Assembly (NCBI GenBank): GCA_963705255.1
Contig: OY970061.1
Coordinates: 192,001 to 256,000, forward strand
Direction: 5' to 3'
Length of the DNA: 64,000 nt
DNA from: an uncultured Methanoregulaceae archaeon
GTDB lineage: Archaea; Halobacteriota; Methanomicrobia; Methanomicrobiales; Methanospirillaceae
In this document: positions 1 to 10,264 of the stretch, piece by piece
How positions within the stretch are numbered: the stretch's first letter is position 1
How the letters are laid out: each line of letters opens with the position of its first letter
Translations under genes and position numbers: made by a program
Notes under the pieces: generated by a model
The model's database searches: none
What the model saw: the letters and a program-made list of their open reading frames with translations, nothing else
What the model was told of the DNA's origin: nothing

Positions 1-13
1 AAAAGGTAACGGC

Positions 14-322
14 TTATTTGAACTCCCCGAATCCTGCATCGCTGATGCCGAGCTCGCGGTCGACCGCAACGACGAGCCTCCCGAGGGTGAAGCGCACCTC
101 GCGGGCATCTTCTTTGTCCATCGTGCCCGGCTGGTGCCAGACCACTTTCTTGCGGAGCAGGGTCGTGAGCTCTTCCACATCTGTCCCTCTGAACTTCTCC
201 GGCAGTACGAGCCCTTCGACATGGTCCCCCGCACCCGGCCAGGCCTGCTGGGGCGGGAGGGCAAAGTGCATCGCGATCAGCATGATGCTGGTGACAAACC
301 CGTGACCGAACTGGTTCTCCAT
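14..322 (-). CDS. conserved hypothetical protein (~100 aa)
   Basis: ORF 14..346 with protein-like composition; ATG at 322 (MENQFGHGF...) is the likely start. Confidence 0.6.
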   Translation of the reverse strand: MENQFGHGFVTSIMLIAMHFALPPQQAWPGAGDHVEGLVLPEKFRGTDVEELTTLLRKKVVWHQPGTMDKEDAREVRFTLGRLVVAVDRELGISDAGFGEFK

Positions 323-368
323 GGAGAGAGATAGCGACGGGATCAAAAAAAGGTGCCGGTAGGGGAAT

Positions 369-654
369 TAGAGTCGAAAACCCTACTTTGACCGGGACCC
401 GGGTTTTCTCAAATGTCTGAATTCATATTCAGACTCGTCAAGAAACGAATGTTTCTTGTAAGTCGTGTTAACACATCCGATTCCTGAATAAACCATGCGG
501 CGTAATTTTTACGCCGCAGTCTCACATCTTCGATGTGGGACTTTCTCCGTCTCTTTTGAGGCTGCGAATGTCTCATATTGAGATGTGAGACACTGGCATT
601 TGAAAAATGCCAGCTGGTCAAATTGTTGTGTTCAACACTCTGTTCAGAAGAGCC
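369..654. repeat. hairpin-array element, probable degenerate MITE related to the 41.4 and 61.9 kb elements
   Basis: six near-perfect inverted repeats between 415 and 613; ends GTCGAAAACCCTA...TTCAGAAGAGCC resemble the MITE ends GTCGAAACCCTA...TTCAACAGAGCC. Confidence 0.5.
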
Positions 655-718
655 GGATCGCAGCCAGCCAGACCGTCCCTGGGACCGTAACGACAACTAT
701 CAGGGAAAAAGAGAATCC

Positions 719-1141
719 TCACTCTTCAAGAGTGATCGTTGTGAGCTTCACCGACTCGACCCCTTTCAGTGCCATCAGACGCTCTGCCAGATTCTTGAGC
801 TGTGTTCCATCACCATGGACGAGGATCACTTCCAGACACCGGTTGTGGGTCACATGCGAATGGAGGGATGCCTTAATGATGGTATTATATTCGTGCTCGA
901 TATCCGTGATCGTGGTCAGGAGGTTGCGCTGATCGTGATCATAGACCATCGTGATAACACCTTCCCTTTCCCCCTTGACATCCGACATCCACTTGTAATA
1001 GGTTATGTACGTGCGAATCGCATCGCGTATGCCTTCCGAGCGCGAAGAGTATCCACGGTAGTTGAGGATTTCATCAAACCTGTCGAGCAGGTTTTTTGGC
1101 AATGAGATACCAATACGGGAGAGGTCGTCATCTATGGTCAT
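719..1141 (-). CDS. nikR: nickel-responsive transcriptional regulator NikR (copy 1)
   Basis: RHH N-terminus (RIGISLP...SRSEGIRDAIR) and Ni-binding ACT domain (EH...HSHVTHNRCLEVI); start aligned to the paralog, though the ORF extends to 1174. Confidence 0.95.
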   Translation of the reverse strand: MTIDDDLSRIGISLPKNLLDRFDEILNYRGYSSRSEGIRDAIRTYITYYKWMSDVKGEREGVITMVYDHDQRNLLTTITDIEHEYNTIIKASLHSHVTHNRCLEVILVHGDGTQLKNLAERLMALKGVESVKLTTITLEE

Positions 1142-1544
1142 GGTAGTATCAGTTATCAGAATATCATTGCTCATAGGTTTTTAAGTTATTGAGAAAAATA
1201 CGGTAGGAGTTGTACTCAGTACTACTTTTCAGGGGCGTCTTCAGGTTCAAATATAATAACCAATCCTTAATCTTACGTAAACGAGCTACACACATATCTA
1301 CGACTTCTCGACTCGTCGAAAATCGCGTTAGGATATATCCACTGAAAGTAACACAATAATAAATAATTTACACACCATTTCATACAAAAATAAAAAAGTA
1401 TAAGAACGTCCAACCCCCCATAGAGAATACAGGGTATATCTGGCTTACCAGTAAAACCCGCACTTTCGACAAGAGCGATAAAACCCGGTAACACTGCCGG
1501 GATCACAGGGGAAAATGATCCCGGCAGTATAAGGAGTTGATTTC

Positions 1545-1880
1545 ATGAAAACAGAACTTTATCATGGCGGGAGGAAGACTACCATTGACACCCGGTTTGA
1601 TGAGTGCCTCTATGCGGCACCGAGACCGGCAAAGGATTCTCCTGAAATTCAAATACAGGGAAAGGATCTCTATGTCCACACGGATCATGAAAAGCAGGTC
1701 ACATACTATCTTTATCTCTGGTCAACGAGCAGGACAATCAAGAACAAGATCATGCCGCTTTCACCGGCGACAGCAGAACGGTTCCTGAGGGGCAAGGGCC
1801 TGACCTGCAACCTGTTCCCGAAAAGCGATGCCATTGCCACGCTCTATAACTGGGGGTACGGTATAGCAGAAGAGTTCTGA
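1545..1880 (+). CDS. hypothetical protein
   Basis: 111-aa ORF with an AGGAG upstream; no family recognised. Confidence 0.6.
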   Translation: MKTELYHGGRKTTIDTRFDECLYAAPRPAKDSPEIQIQGKDLYVHTDHEKQVTYYLYLWSTSRTIKNKIMPLSPATAERFLRGKGLTCNLFPKSDAIATLYNWGYGIAEEF

Positions 1881-2189
1881 AATGTCACTCTATGCACATC
1901 CCTATTGCCTCTCTCTTTTTAACAATATCTTTTGTCGGGCGCCAGAGATTTTCGGGGATACTGTATCGGCGGCTTTTGCCAGAATCCCTGGCTGTATAAC
2001 AACCATGGATATTGTGAGTGATGTAAACACAATAAAAGCGCGATCCTTTCACCTAATGTCCTGCAATGTGTGATGACCGAGATGGTTGATTTTTTTTCAC
2101 CATTCCGAACGAATCTGTACGCCCATTTTAATGCAAATCTGAAAATAAATCAGACTCGATCATCAAAGAAAACATATTTATCATCAACC

Positions 2190-2217
2190 GTGCTACTGAA
2201 GAGTACAATTGTAATAA
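2190..2217. promoter_or_regulatory. candidate NikR operator upstream of nikQ
   Basis: GTGCTA-N16-TAATAA, matching the 6-16-6 NikR box geometry with mismatches. Confidence 0.4.
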
Positions 2218-2292
2218 TCACGGAAGCTCCACGTTCCCTAGGATTTCACCCGCTGTTTTTGTCCGGCCGGTGCGAAATGGAATGGTACCCCC

Positions 2293-3234
2293 ATGATACC
2301 TGAATGGATGAAGGAGATCGAAATAGGCGCCTGCCCCTGCTGTACTGTCGGCATCAGTAAAAAGAAGGGTTTTGTCCAGAAAACGATCTCCGACATCTTC
2401 AGGTTCTTTGAAGAATGCCTCGTGAATGACAGCATAGCAAAACGCGACGGCCTGCTGCAGAGCCTTGACCCGAGAATAAAACTCATATCGATGGTCATCC
2501 TCATCTTTGCCGTGGCAATGACCCGCGACATCCGGCTGCTCGCAATCGTGTATGTGCTGACGCTTGTCTTCGCCTGGACAAGCAGGATAGAACTCGGATT
2601 CTTCATCAAGCGCGTCTGGGTGTTCATCCCTATCTTTGCGGGAATCATCATGATTCCGATCCTCTTTAACGTTTTTATGCCCGGTGATGCGCTGCTAACA
2701 ATTGCAACACTTGGCCCGGGTGTGCACCTTGGCCCGTTTGCGCTGCCGCCAGTCATTACCATCACTTGGCAGGGCGTGATGCTGGCACTACTCTTTGTGT
2801 TACGGGTTGCAACCTGCGTGTCTGCGGCCGTGCTTCTCTTCCTCACTACCCCCCGGGATCTCCTCTTCAAATCCCTTCGATCACTCAAAGTGCCAAAGGT
2901 CTATGTCCTCACGCTGGACATGTGCTACCGGTATATTTTCCTCTTTACCGAGGTAGTCAGGGATTTTTACACGGCAAAAAAAAGCAGGGCCCTCAAAACC
3001 CTGCCTTTGATCGAGGAACAGAAATGGGTGGGAGGCCGCGTCGGCTATACTCTTATAAAATCACTCAGCATGAGCGAGAAGGTGCACGGGGCCATGGTCT
3101 CGCGGGGATTCAACGGGGATATCAAGATCATGCACCGGTATTCAATACACCGGCGTGATTACGTGGCATGTGTGAGTGTGGTTGCGCTCAGCATCTTCCT
3201 GATGCTTGCGTCCCAGAACCTGATACGGATTTAA
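2293..3234 (+). CDS. cbiQ: Ni/Co ECF transporter transmembrane component (CbiQ/NikQ)
   Basis: LDPRIK motif, YRYIF, AMVSRGF; hydrophobic. Confidence 0.92.
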   Translation: MIPEWMKEIEIGACPCCTVGISKKKGFVQKTISDIFRFFEECLVNDSIAKRDGLLQSLDPRIKLISMVILIFAVAMTRDIRLLAIVYVLTLVFAWTSRIELGFFIKRVWVFIPIFAGIIMIPILFNVFMPGDALLTIATLGPGVHLGPFALPPVITITWQGVMLALLFVLRVATCVSAAVLLFLTTPRDLLFKSLRSLKVPKVYVLTLDMCYRYIFLFTEVVRDFYTAKKSRALKTLPLIEEQKWVGGRVGYTLIKSLSMSEKVHGAMVSRGFNGDIKIMHRYSIHRRDYVACVSVVALSIFLMLASQNLIRI

Positions 3235-3255
3235 CGAGGATATACGAGGTACACG

Positions 3256-4100
3256 ATGGAAACAATATTCGATCTGCATGACGTATCCTACACGTACCTG
3301 AGACGGTTTGAAGCACTCAAAGGGGTGACCCTGTCATTCCATGCAGGAGAGCAGGTCGCCATCCTTGGAGCGAACGGAAGCGGCAAATCGACTCTTCTCT
3401 CGATCTTAAATGCACTGAATTACCCAACATCGGGAGAGTTTTATGCGTTTGGGACCTTGGTGAAGGAAGAGGTATTTGACACGCTTGAAGATAATGAGTT
3501 CAATCGTTTTTTCCGCAAAAAGGTGGGTTTTCTGTTCCAGAACCCGGACGTCCAGTTGTTCTCTTCAACGGTCTTTGACGAGATTGCCTTTGGTCCGCTC
3601 CAGCTTGATCTGCCTCCTGACGAAGTACAGAAGCGTACGGAAGAGGTTATCGCAATGCTGGGGATCGAAAACCTGAGGACCGGGCGCCGCACATGCTGAG
3701 CGGCGGCGAAAAAAAACAGGTCTGTATCGCATCGATCCTCTCGACAAATCCCGACGTCCTGCTCCTTGACGAACCCACCGGGGGTCTCGATCCCCGTAGC
3801 AAAGTCTGGCTGATTGATCTCATCCAGGATCTCTCGAAGTGCGGTAAGACCATTATTACGGCCACCCATGACATCGATATCGTTGAACAGATCAGCAACC
3901 GTGCAATTGTGGTCGGGGAAGATCATACGATAAAAGTGGATGCTGACTGCGCAAGCGTTATGGGCAACCTGGAGTTACTGATGTCTGCCAACCTCATCCA
4001 CCGGCACATGCACCGTCACGGCAGACTTCTCCATGAGCACCTTCATGCCGCTCAAACGGAGGAACATGATCATGTGCACGGGTCTCCGGTAGCTGAGTAG
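3256..4100 (+). CDS. cbiO: Ni/Co ECF transporter ATPase (CbiO/NikO), one frameshift at ~3678
   Basis: Walker A GANGSGKST and FQNPD in the first frame; LSGGEKK and LLLDEPT in the second; restoring one G in AGG(G)AC joins them; His-rich C-terminal tail. Confidence 0.92.
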
Positions 4101-4133
4101 TTGATTATACCCCGCCTCTATAGATCATGGTTT

Positions 4134-4304
4134 TCATGATCCATAATAATGTGAGATCTTGTAGATGATCGTCACCGAGAGACAGAACCCGATAATGGCA
4201 ATATAGATCCAGTTTCGGTTCTCATGAACCCACCTGGTAATCGATTGAAACCGGGCCAGAAATCTTCCGGTAGACGTTACTGCTGACTGCTTTTTCTTTA
4301 ACAT
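4134..4304 (-). CDS. small membrane protein
   Basis: MLKKKQ... with one C-terminal TM segment. Confidence 0.4.
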   Translation of the reverse strand: MLKKKQSAVTSTGRFLARFQSITRWVHENRNWIYIAIIGFCLSVTIIYKISHYYGS

Positions 4305-4453
4305 GGTGTAGCCATTCCGATTGCAGTGATTCCGGGTACCTGATCCGATCATAACCTTTGTAAAAAGGTCCGGACCCATAAGAGACACATAACCCGGTTT
4401 TGGGATATATCCTGTTATACCGGGTATGCAAAAAAGAGAGAGTCTTCCAGCAT

Positions 4454-4813
4454 TCAGTCGGTTCTCTTTACAATGGCTTTAGCCAGCAGATATCCCGCAC
4501 TGCCACAGATGAGAACGCCAACGATCGCCGAGACATAATATCCCGGGGCCTGACTGGGGAGGGTATCATGTCCGCCCGGGAAATCATAATCGGGCAGGGC
4601 GGGTGTCCAGAGGCCCGAGAGTTGCTGAAGCCCGGCCGGCACATACCCTACCGCTTGCTGGAGTTCATCGGGTCCCCATTCCCCATATGCAGTTCCGGTT
4701 GCAATTAATCCGATGGGCACTATGACGACAAGCACTATCAGTGCAATAACGAGAACTTTAAACGTCCTGTCCAGACTGTTGAAGGCATCCATTACATTCA
4801 TTGTGTTCACCAT
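4454..4813 (-). CDS. PDGLE-domain Ni/Co transporter subunit (NikN-like)
   Basis: TAYGEWG...PALPDY motif, two TM segments, directly downstream of cbiM. Confidence 0.85.
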   Translation of the reverse strand: MVNTMNVMDAFNSLDRTFKVLVIALIVLVVIVPIGLIATGTAYGEWGPDELQQAVGYVPAGLQQLSGLWTPALPDYDFPGGHDTLPSQAPGYYVSAIVGVLICGSAGYLLAKAIVKRTD

Positions 4814-4816
4814 CCC

Positions 4817-5542
4817 TCACGCCGGTACTGTCCCCCGGCTGGAGTCCGTTTTTTTATCATTTCCGGGTTTATAGTCGAAGATGATCTCGGGACTGTTCCG
4901 TGCAATATACGCAAACGCCAGGCCGGTGATAATCAACTCTACCCAGCTGAAGAAACCCATATGATCGATCAGCATTGCCGGTATGGTGACATTGAGCCCG
5001 TACGGCATGTAAAGGGGAACGCCAGCAGCTGTGTGTTCGAGGATCGGCTGGATGCCCATCTCAAACCCGGCAACACCGGCTGCGACGCTTAACCCGACAT
5101 ATCCGGCGATCGCGGCGGCAGCGATCCTCAGGTTTGAGGCAATCGGGGATTTCCCCGCGATGAGTTTATAGGTGTAGTATCCCACGAACGGGATGACCGT
5201 GCCCATATTGAAACAGTTTGCGCCGAACGCTGTAACTCCCCCGTCTCCGAAGAGCAGACACTGAATAAGGAGCGCGACGGATGTTGTTACAACTGCGGCC
5301 CAGGGGCCAAGGACGATCGCGACCAGCGCGCTACCGACCGCATGCCCCGAGCTGCCGCCGGGAACAGGTACGTTGAACATCATGATCACAAATGAGAACG
5401 CGGTTGCCAGTGCCAGGTACGGGACCTGCCGGGTCCGGAGCGATTTCTGTACCCAGTACCCGGCATACAACCAGATCGGGATCATGATCAGGTACATGAT
5501 TATGAACGTAATCGGGCCTAAATAACCATCAGGAATGTGCAT
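4817..5542 (-). CDS. cbiM: Ni/Co ECF substrate-binding component CbiM/NikM
   Basis: N-terminal MHIPDGYL, PGGSSGH, FGDGG..AFGAN. Confidence 0.95.
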   Translation of the reverse strand: MHIPDGYLGPITFIIMYLIMIPIWLYAGYWVQKSLRTRQVPYLALATAFSFVIMMFNVPVPGGSSGHAVGSALVAIVLGPWAAVVTTSVALLIQCLLFGDGGVTAFGANCFNMGTVIPFVGYYTYKLIAGKSPIASNLRIAAAAIAGYVGLSVAAGVAGFEMGIQPILEHTAAGVPLYMPYGLNVTIPAMLIDHMGFFSWVELIITGLAFAYIARNSPEIIFDYKPGNDKKTDSSRGTVPA

Positions 5543-5552
5543 GATCTCACCA

Positions 5553-5580
5553 GTAATAACATTATACTTTTTTGTAACAC
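5553..5580. promoter_or_regulatory. candidate NikR operator in the nikM promoter
   Basis: GTAATA-N16-TAACAC about 10 bp upstream of the nikM start codon. Confidence 0.55.
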
Positions 5581-5707
5581 TTGAGAGGTTAATAATGTTG
5601 TTATTTGATTACTTAGTTTGATTTTTTTGCAATACATCTTTACAAATTCTTCATTTTTTCAGGGATCATAATTCATTTTCAAATGACCTCTAAAAATGAA
5701 TTTTAGT

Positions 5708-8408
5708 TCAGTGCCTGCGCACGACAATGAATGCAACTGCACCGAGACCGATCAATGCGATCAGTGCACCATAGCCGGGCGACTTGGTGGTCGGGACCGG
5801 GGTTGGTGCGGCGGTCATTGCAACGGTTGTCGGGACAGCCGTGACGGGTGCTGCAGTTGTCATAACGGCCGTCGGTGCTACCGTCGGGGCAGCGCCTTCG
5901 AGGACGTTGAAGAGTGCAGTGCCGGTGGCTGACTGGAGGACGCCTGATGCCTGAACGATGTACTCGTCCGGTTTGAACGTCGATGCGTCAACTGGGAACG
6001 AGATCGTGTTCAGGCCATTGGTGCCCTGTGCGACTGCGACCGTGCCGGTTGCGCCGCTGAACTCGCCGCTCTGGCTCTTGTCAGTGGGCTTGAATGATGA
6101 TGAGTAGACCTGGACGAGGACCTGGTCACCGACTGCGAGGTTGGTGGTTGCAGTGATGGTGAACTTGTCGCCTACGTGCGCATCAGGGATCGGGTTGATC
6201 GTGATGGCAGGTACCTCGACGAGGAACTGGAGCTTGGTGTAGGTGTCGTCGACATTAGCGTTGGTAATGCCCTCGACAAGTGCCTCGGCTGCATCGGATC
6301 CCTGCAGGCTGCTTCCACCTGCGATCTGGAAGATGCGGGATGCGTTGTAGTTGGTACCCGTGCTTACTGTCGACTGCAGGTTGACAACCCAGACAGGAGT
6401 GCCGGACAGTATACCGCTTATGGATCCTCCGGAGGCAGTCTGCGGAACGATATCGAACTTGTTGTTCTGCATCGGGTGCTGGACAACGGCGAAGTACTGG
6501 CCTGCCGCGAGACCGGCGGTATCGGCATTCTTGAGCTGGTAGTCGAACGATGCGTCAGCGTTCACGCTCTGGGTGGTGTATAATGCATAGTTCGTACCGA
6601 TGAGCCAGATTGCAACGCCGGGTGTCGGGTTGCCTTCTGCAGTACCGGTGATGTCTATGGTGTCACCCTGTGCAATTACTGACGAGGATGCGGTTGCAGA
6701 GACGAACGGCTTCTTGATGACGATGGAGACCGTGCCGTACGCTTCATTGGCGAGGTTCGTCTGGTCACCTGCTGCTACAGGCTGGCTCTCTGCATAGACT
6801 GTGTAGGTCCCTGCATCGAGTTCAAGGCCTGCTGTTCCCCAGTTGAAGGACCAGGTATTGTCGCCCTGGACAGGTGCAGTGTCGAAGTTGGTTGTAACAC
6901 CGGTAGCGATTGCCGTGTGCGGCTGGGAAAGCATCCCGCCGGTGGTCCCGAGGTTCGGGCCGAAGAGGAGCAGGTAGGTCGTGGCTGACTCGGTGTTGGT
7001 ACCTGATAACAGGATCTCTTCGCCGAGGTAGTAGCTCTGGTCGCCTGCCGCTACAACGGTAACGGTACCCTTCTGGACAGTCACGGTGACTTCGTCATAC
7101 TTGTAGTTGTGGCCTGCTGCAGTGGATCCGAAGTCTTGTTCTACACGGATCGTGTAGGACCCCGCGCTGGTCCAGTTGGTCGTGAGGAGCTGGACGGTCC
7201 TGGTACCGGAGCTGGAGAGGGTTACGTTCGCATAGCCCTGGCCATTGTTGTCAGGCTGTGTATCCTCTGCGACAGTCTGCTGGGAGTTCTGGTACGTGTA
7301 CGCGCCAGTGATCGGGTCGCTGACATTGACACCGTTCTGGTTGGCGTCGAAGAACGGGGCCGCACTGTCAACCGCGTTGCTGTCGCCCTGGGTGTCCTTG
7401 ACCCAGACATTGTAGCTCTGCGAGGGCTTACCCGTGATGGTGACTGAGAATGGCTTGGTCCGGACGACGGTATCCATGTTGGCCTCGATCTTCACCGTGT
7501 TGGAGACAAGGGTGACGGTCTGGGTCGCGCTGATGGTCTTCCCGGTGAAGCTTGCTCCACCGTTCAGGTAGTTAGCCTTCATGTTGTTGAGGTCCGACTC
7601 TGCGTAGAGCGTGTACGTCCCTGCCGGGTAATAGAACTGGCCGTTACCGGTTACGTTGTTAAGAAGGCCGGTAGCCCATGCACCCATGTTACCGCTGGAC
7701 GCACCCCATCTGTACGGTGAAGTGGCAACGGGCAACTTGACAAGACTCTCGGCACCGAAAGTAGGAGTTGGGCTAGAGTAGAAAGTCGCGTTGTACAGTG
7801 CAGTGAGCGTTGTTCCTGAAGCGGGGATAACGTTGATGGTAATGTATCCTGCAGATTGTGCGGGGACACCTGAAAACGTTTCCGTATAACGGCTTGGGTA
7901 GACCCCATACATGTTGGTCCCAATTGTGAACCCGAGGTTCTCTCCCTGGGGGACCGATCCTCCGGTTACATCGACCGACTGGTCGAAGTCCCAGACTCCG
8001 AGAGTAAGGGACGGGTCTTGAACGTTGATGACCGGTATTGGACCTGCCCATGCGCTACCCGTGGCCGGGTTCACGAGGTACCAGACACCGGTGTACCCGA
8101 CGAAGGTAGCCGGTGAAACGGTGAATGACTGGTACTGACCGCTGGCCAGAGTAACCACCTGGCTTGGTGTGGTCGAGCTGATCTGTGCAGCTCGAGGCCC
8201 ACCAGCCGATCGTGGTATTCAATGTTGTACCTCCGTTACTTGCGGAAGTCAGTGCATTGGTGAGGTTTAGATGTTCTTCCCCAATGAACACTTGTGCACC
8301 CTGGTTGATTCCCGTATTCATAATGTAATCAGTAGCCGCTACCGGCAGTACTGCAACGAGAACGAACAACGCAAGTGCAACAAGTGCAATCGTTAATCGC
8401 TTAGTCAT
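5708..8408 (-). CDS. S-layer glycoprotein (MEMAR_RS02690/DUF3821 type) with PGF-CTERM-like tail; frameshift at ~8192
   Basis: signal peptide MTKRLTIAL..., VFIGEE..L, IGWWAS, QHPMQNNKFD, LQGSDAAEAL, DDTYTKL, Thr/Pro linker, PGYG-TM-RRH end. Confidence 0.9.
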
Positions 8409-8802
8409 GTGTTCAATTCCTCCAAATCTTCCGATCTCCTAGAAACAGAAATTAATAAATTTAAAAATTGTAACACTTAATATGTTAAAAATCTTCTCAT
8501 TTAATATCAATTAAAAAAAATAAAATAAAACGTGTTATCCCACTACCATCTCGCAGGGGGAATTACGTCGAAGAACTGGTAAAAATACCCCCCCAAATGC
8601 GAGGACAAAATTTTCCTGCTTTCTGACTGGAACAGGGAGTGTTCTGGTGCAAATATGAATTTTCACCGCATCCCCGTACCGGTCAGCAATGTTGAGATCA
8701 ATTCATCAATCCTGAATTTTCTTACCAAGTACTACTGATACGCTGCATTTTTCAAAACATTAAAAACCTATCAATAATGATAGTATCATCACTGGTGTTC
8801 CC

Positions 8803-9225
8803 ATGACCATGGACGACGACCTCTCCCGGATAGGAATCTCCCTCCCGAAACACCTCCTCGACCGGTTCGACGAAATCCTCAATTACCGGGGGTATTCGTC
8901 CCGCTCGGAAGGCATCCGCGACGCGATCCGCACCTACATAACGTATTACAAGTGGATGTCCGATGTGAAGGGGCTGCGGGAAGGGGTCATCACGATGGTC
9001 TACGACCACGAGCAGCGGGGGCTCCTCACCAATATCACCGACATCGAGCACGAGTTCCACGCGATCATCAAGGCATCCCTCCACTCTCACGTGTCCCATG
9101 ACAAGTGCCTGGAAGTGATCCTGGTCCACGGCGACGGGAGCCAGCTCAAGGCCCTCGCAGAGCGGCTGATGTCCATGAAAGGGGTCGAGTCGGTGAAGCT
9201 CAACACGATCCAGATCGAGGAATAA
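8803..9225 (+). CDS. nikR: nickel-responsive regulator NikR (copy 2)
   Basis: nearly the same protein as 719..1141, but with different codon usage. Confidence 0.95.
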   Translation: MTMDDDLSRIGISLPKHLLDRFDEILNYRGYSSRSEGIRDAIRTYITYYKWMSDVKGLREGVITMVYDHEQRGLLTNITDIEHEFHAIIKASLHSHVSHDKCLEVILVHGDGSQLKALAERLMSMKGVESVKLNTIQIEE

Positions 9226-9245
9226 GAGAAGAGCACGTTAAAAAT

Positions 9246-9274
9246 GGGGGACAGGGGGTAAGATCCCCTGTCCC
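9246..9274. terminator. hairpin downstream of nikR2
   Basis: GGGACAGGGG-gtaagat-CCCCTGTCCC. Confidence 0.35.
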
Positions 9275-9319
9275 TGAATAGCGGACTTCACCCTTTCTGG
9301 GCGCGGTCCTTTTTTGGTT

Positions 9320-9445
9320 TCACGGCTTCTTGTCTTCGATGTGATCGAGGACCCGGTCCCACATGATGAGGAGCCCGGGGATGATCACGTAGGCGAGGAG
9401 GCCGGCACCGAGGAATAATCCGGTGAGGACGAGTTCATTGTCCAT
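9320..9445 (-). CDS. small membrane protein (41 aa)
   Basis: MDNELVLTGLFLGAGLLAYVIIPGLLIMWDRVLDHIEDKKP; GAGG upstream of the start. Confidence 0.55.
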   Translation of the reverse strand: MDNELVLTGLFLGAGLLAYVIIPGLLIMWDRVLDHIEDKKP

Positions 9446-9462
9446 GATCCTCATCTCCCGGA

Positions 9463-9967
9463 TCAGGCTAACGCCGTCTCGGTGTCCGCCCAAGTCTCGA
9501 CCTTGGTCCGGATTGCCTCGTCCGAGTACCGAGGAGATGGTCACCCGGTCACGTCCGAACGTGACGAAGTAGACCTCCCCGTTCGGGTCGTGGCACTTCA
9601 GGGTCGCCGAGTAGGTCTCCTTTGCCGGGTCCCTCACTGCGGCTCCCGCGTGGGCGGTCGAGATGGTGCCCGTGGCGAGGATCGCGGTAATGCCGGCGTT
9701 GAACCCTGCGAGGGTGCTGTACCGGTCGGTCAGGTAGCCGACGGTCTTCGCGTCGCTGTCCTGGTACGCGATCTTCGCGGTGTAGGACTCCTTGGTCTTC
9801 TCCACGGGCTGGTGTGTTGCGCCTCCGGATATGTAGGATACACATCCAAAGGGATTCGATACGACTACCGCCTGGACAATCGCGTTGAACGCGGTTGCGT
9901 CCGCAATCGGGTTAGCGAGTTTGCGGATGGCGCTTTTTACCGTTGTGCTTGGAACGAAATCTGCCAT
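9463..9967 (-). CDS. conserved methanomicrobial hypothetical protein, frameshift at ~9530
   Basis: removing one G restores the C-terminus ISSYSDEAIRTKVETWADTETALA*; contains a CHDPNGE motif. Confidence 0.75.
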
Positions 9968-10264
9968 GTTCGTTACTCCATTCTTGCTTTTTTTCAGAGA
10001 AGCTCATCTGAACTTCAATGAGGAGAAGGGTGGCACCGCCACCCTTCGATGTCTGACTGGTTCATCAGAACCAGGAAGATGAGGAGAATCCGTCAGGATT
10101 CTTCGGGTTGTCTCGGGGCCCTTTGACATTCAGTATTGGATGTGGAGGTATATCGGATAATCCGGGGGGTGGCAATCCGGGGATGGAATGCGGCTGAACC
10201 GGCAATCCACGGCCATTGTCGCTGCGGAATTGGTACCATCAGAAGAAAGAAAAAAGAAAAAAAG

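Noticed and set aside
9320-9967. Single 215-aa fusion protein
   Set aside because: A one-base insertion at ~9530 artificially joins two separate genes
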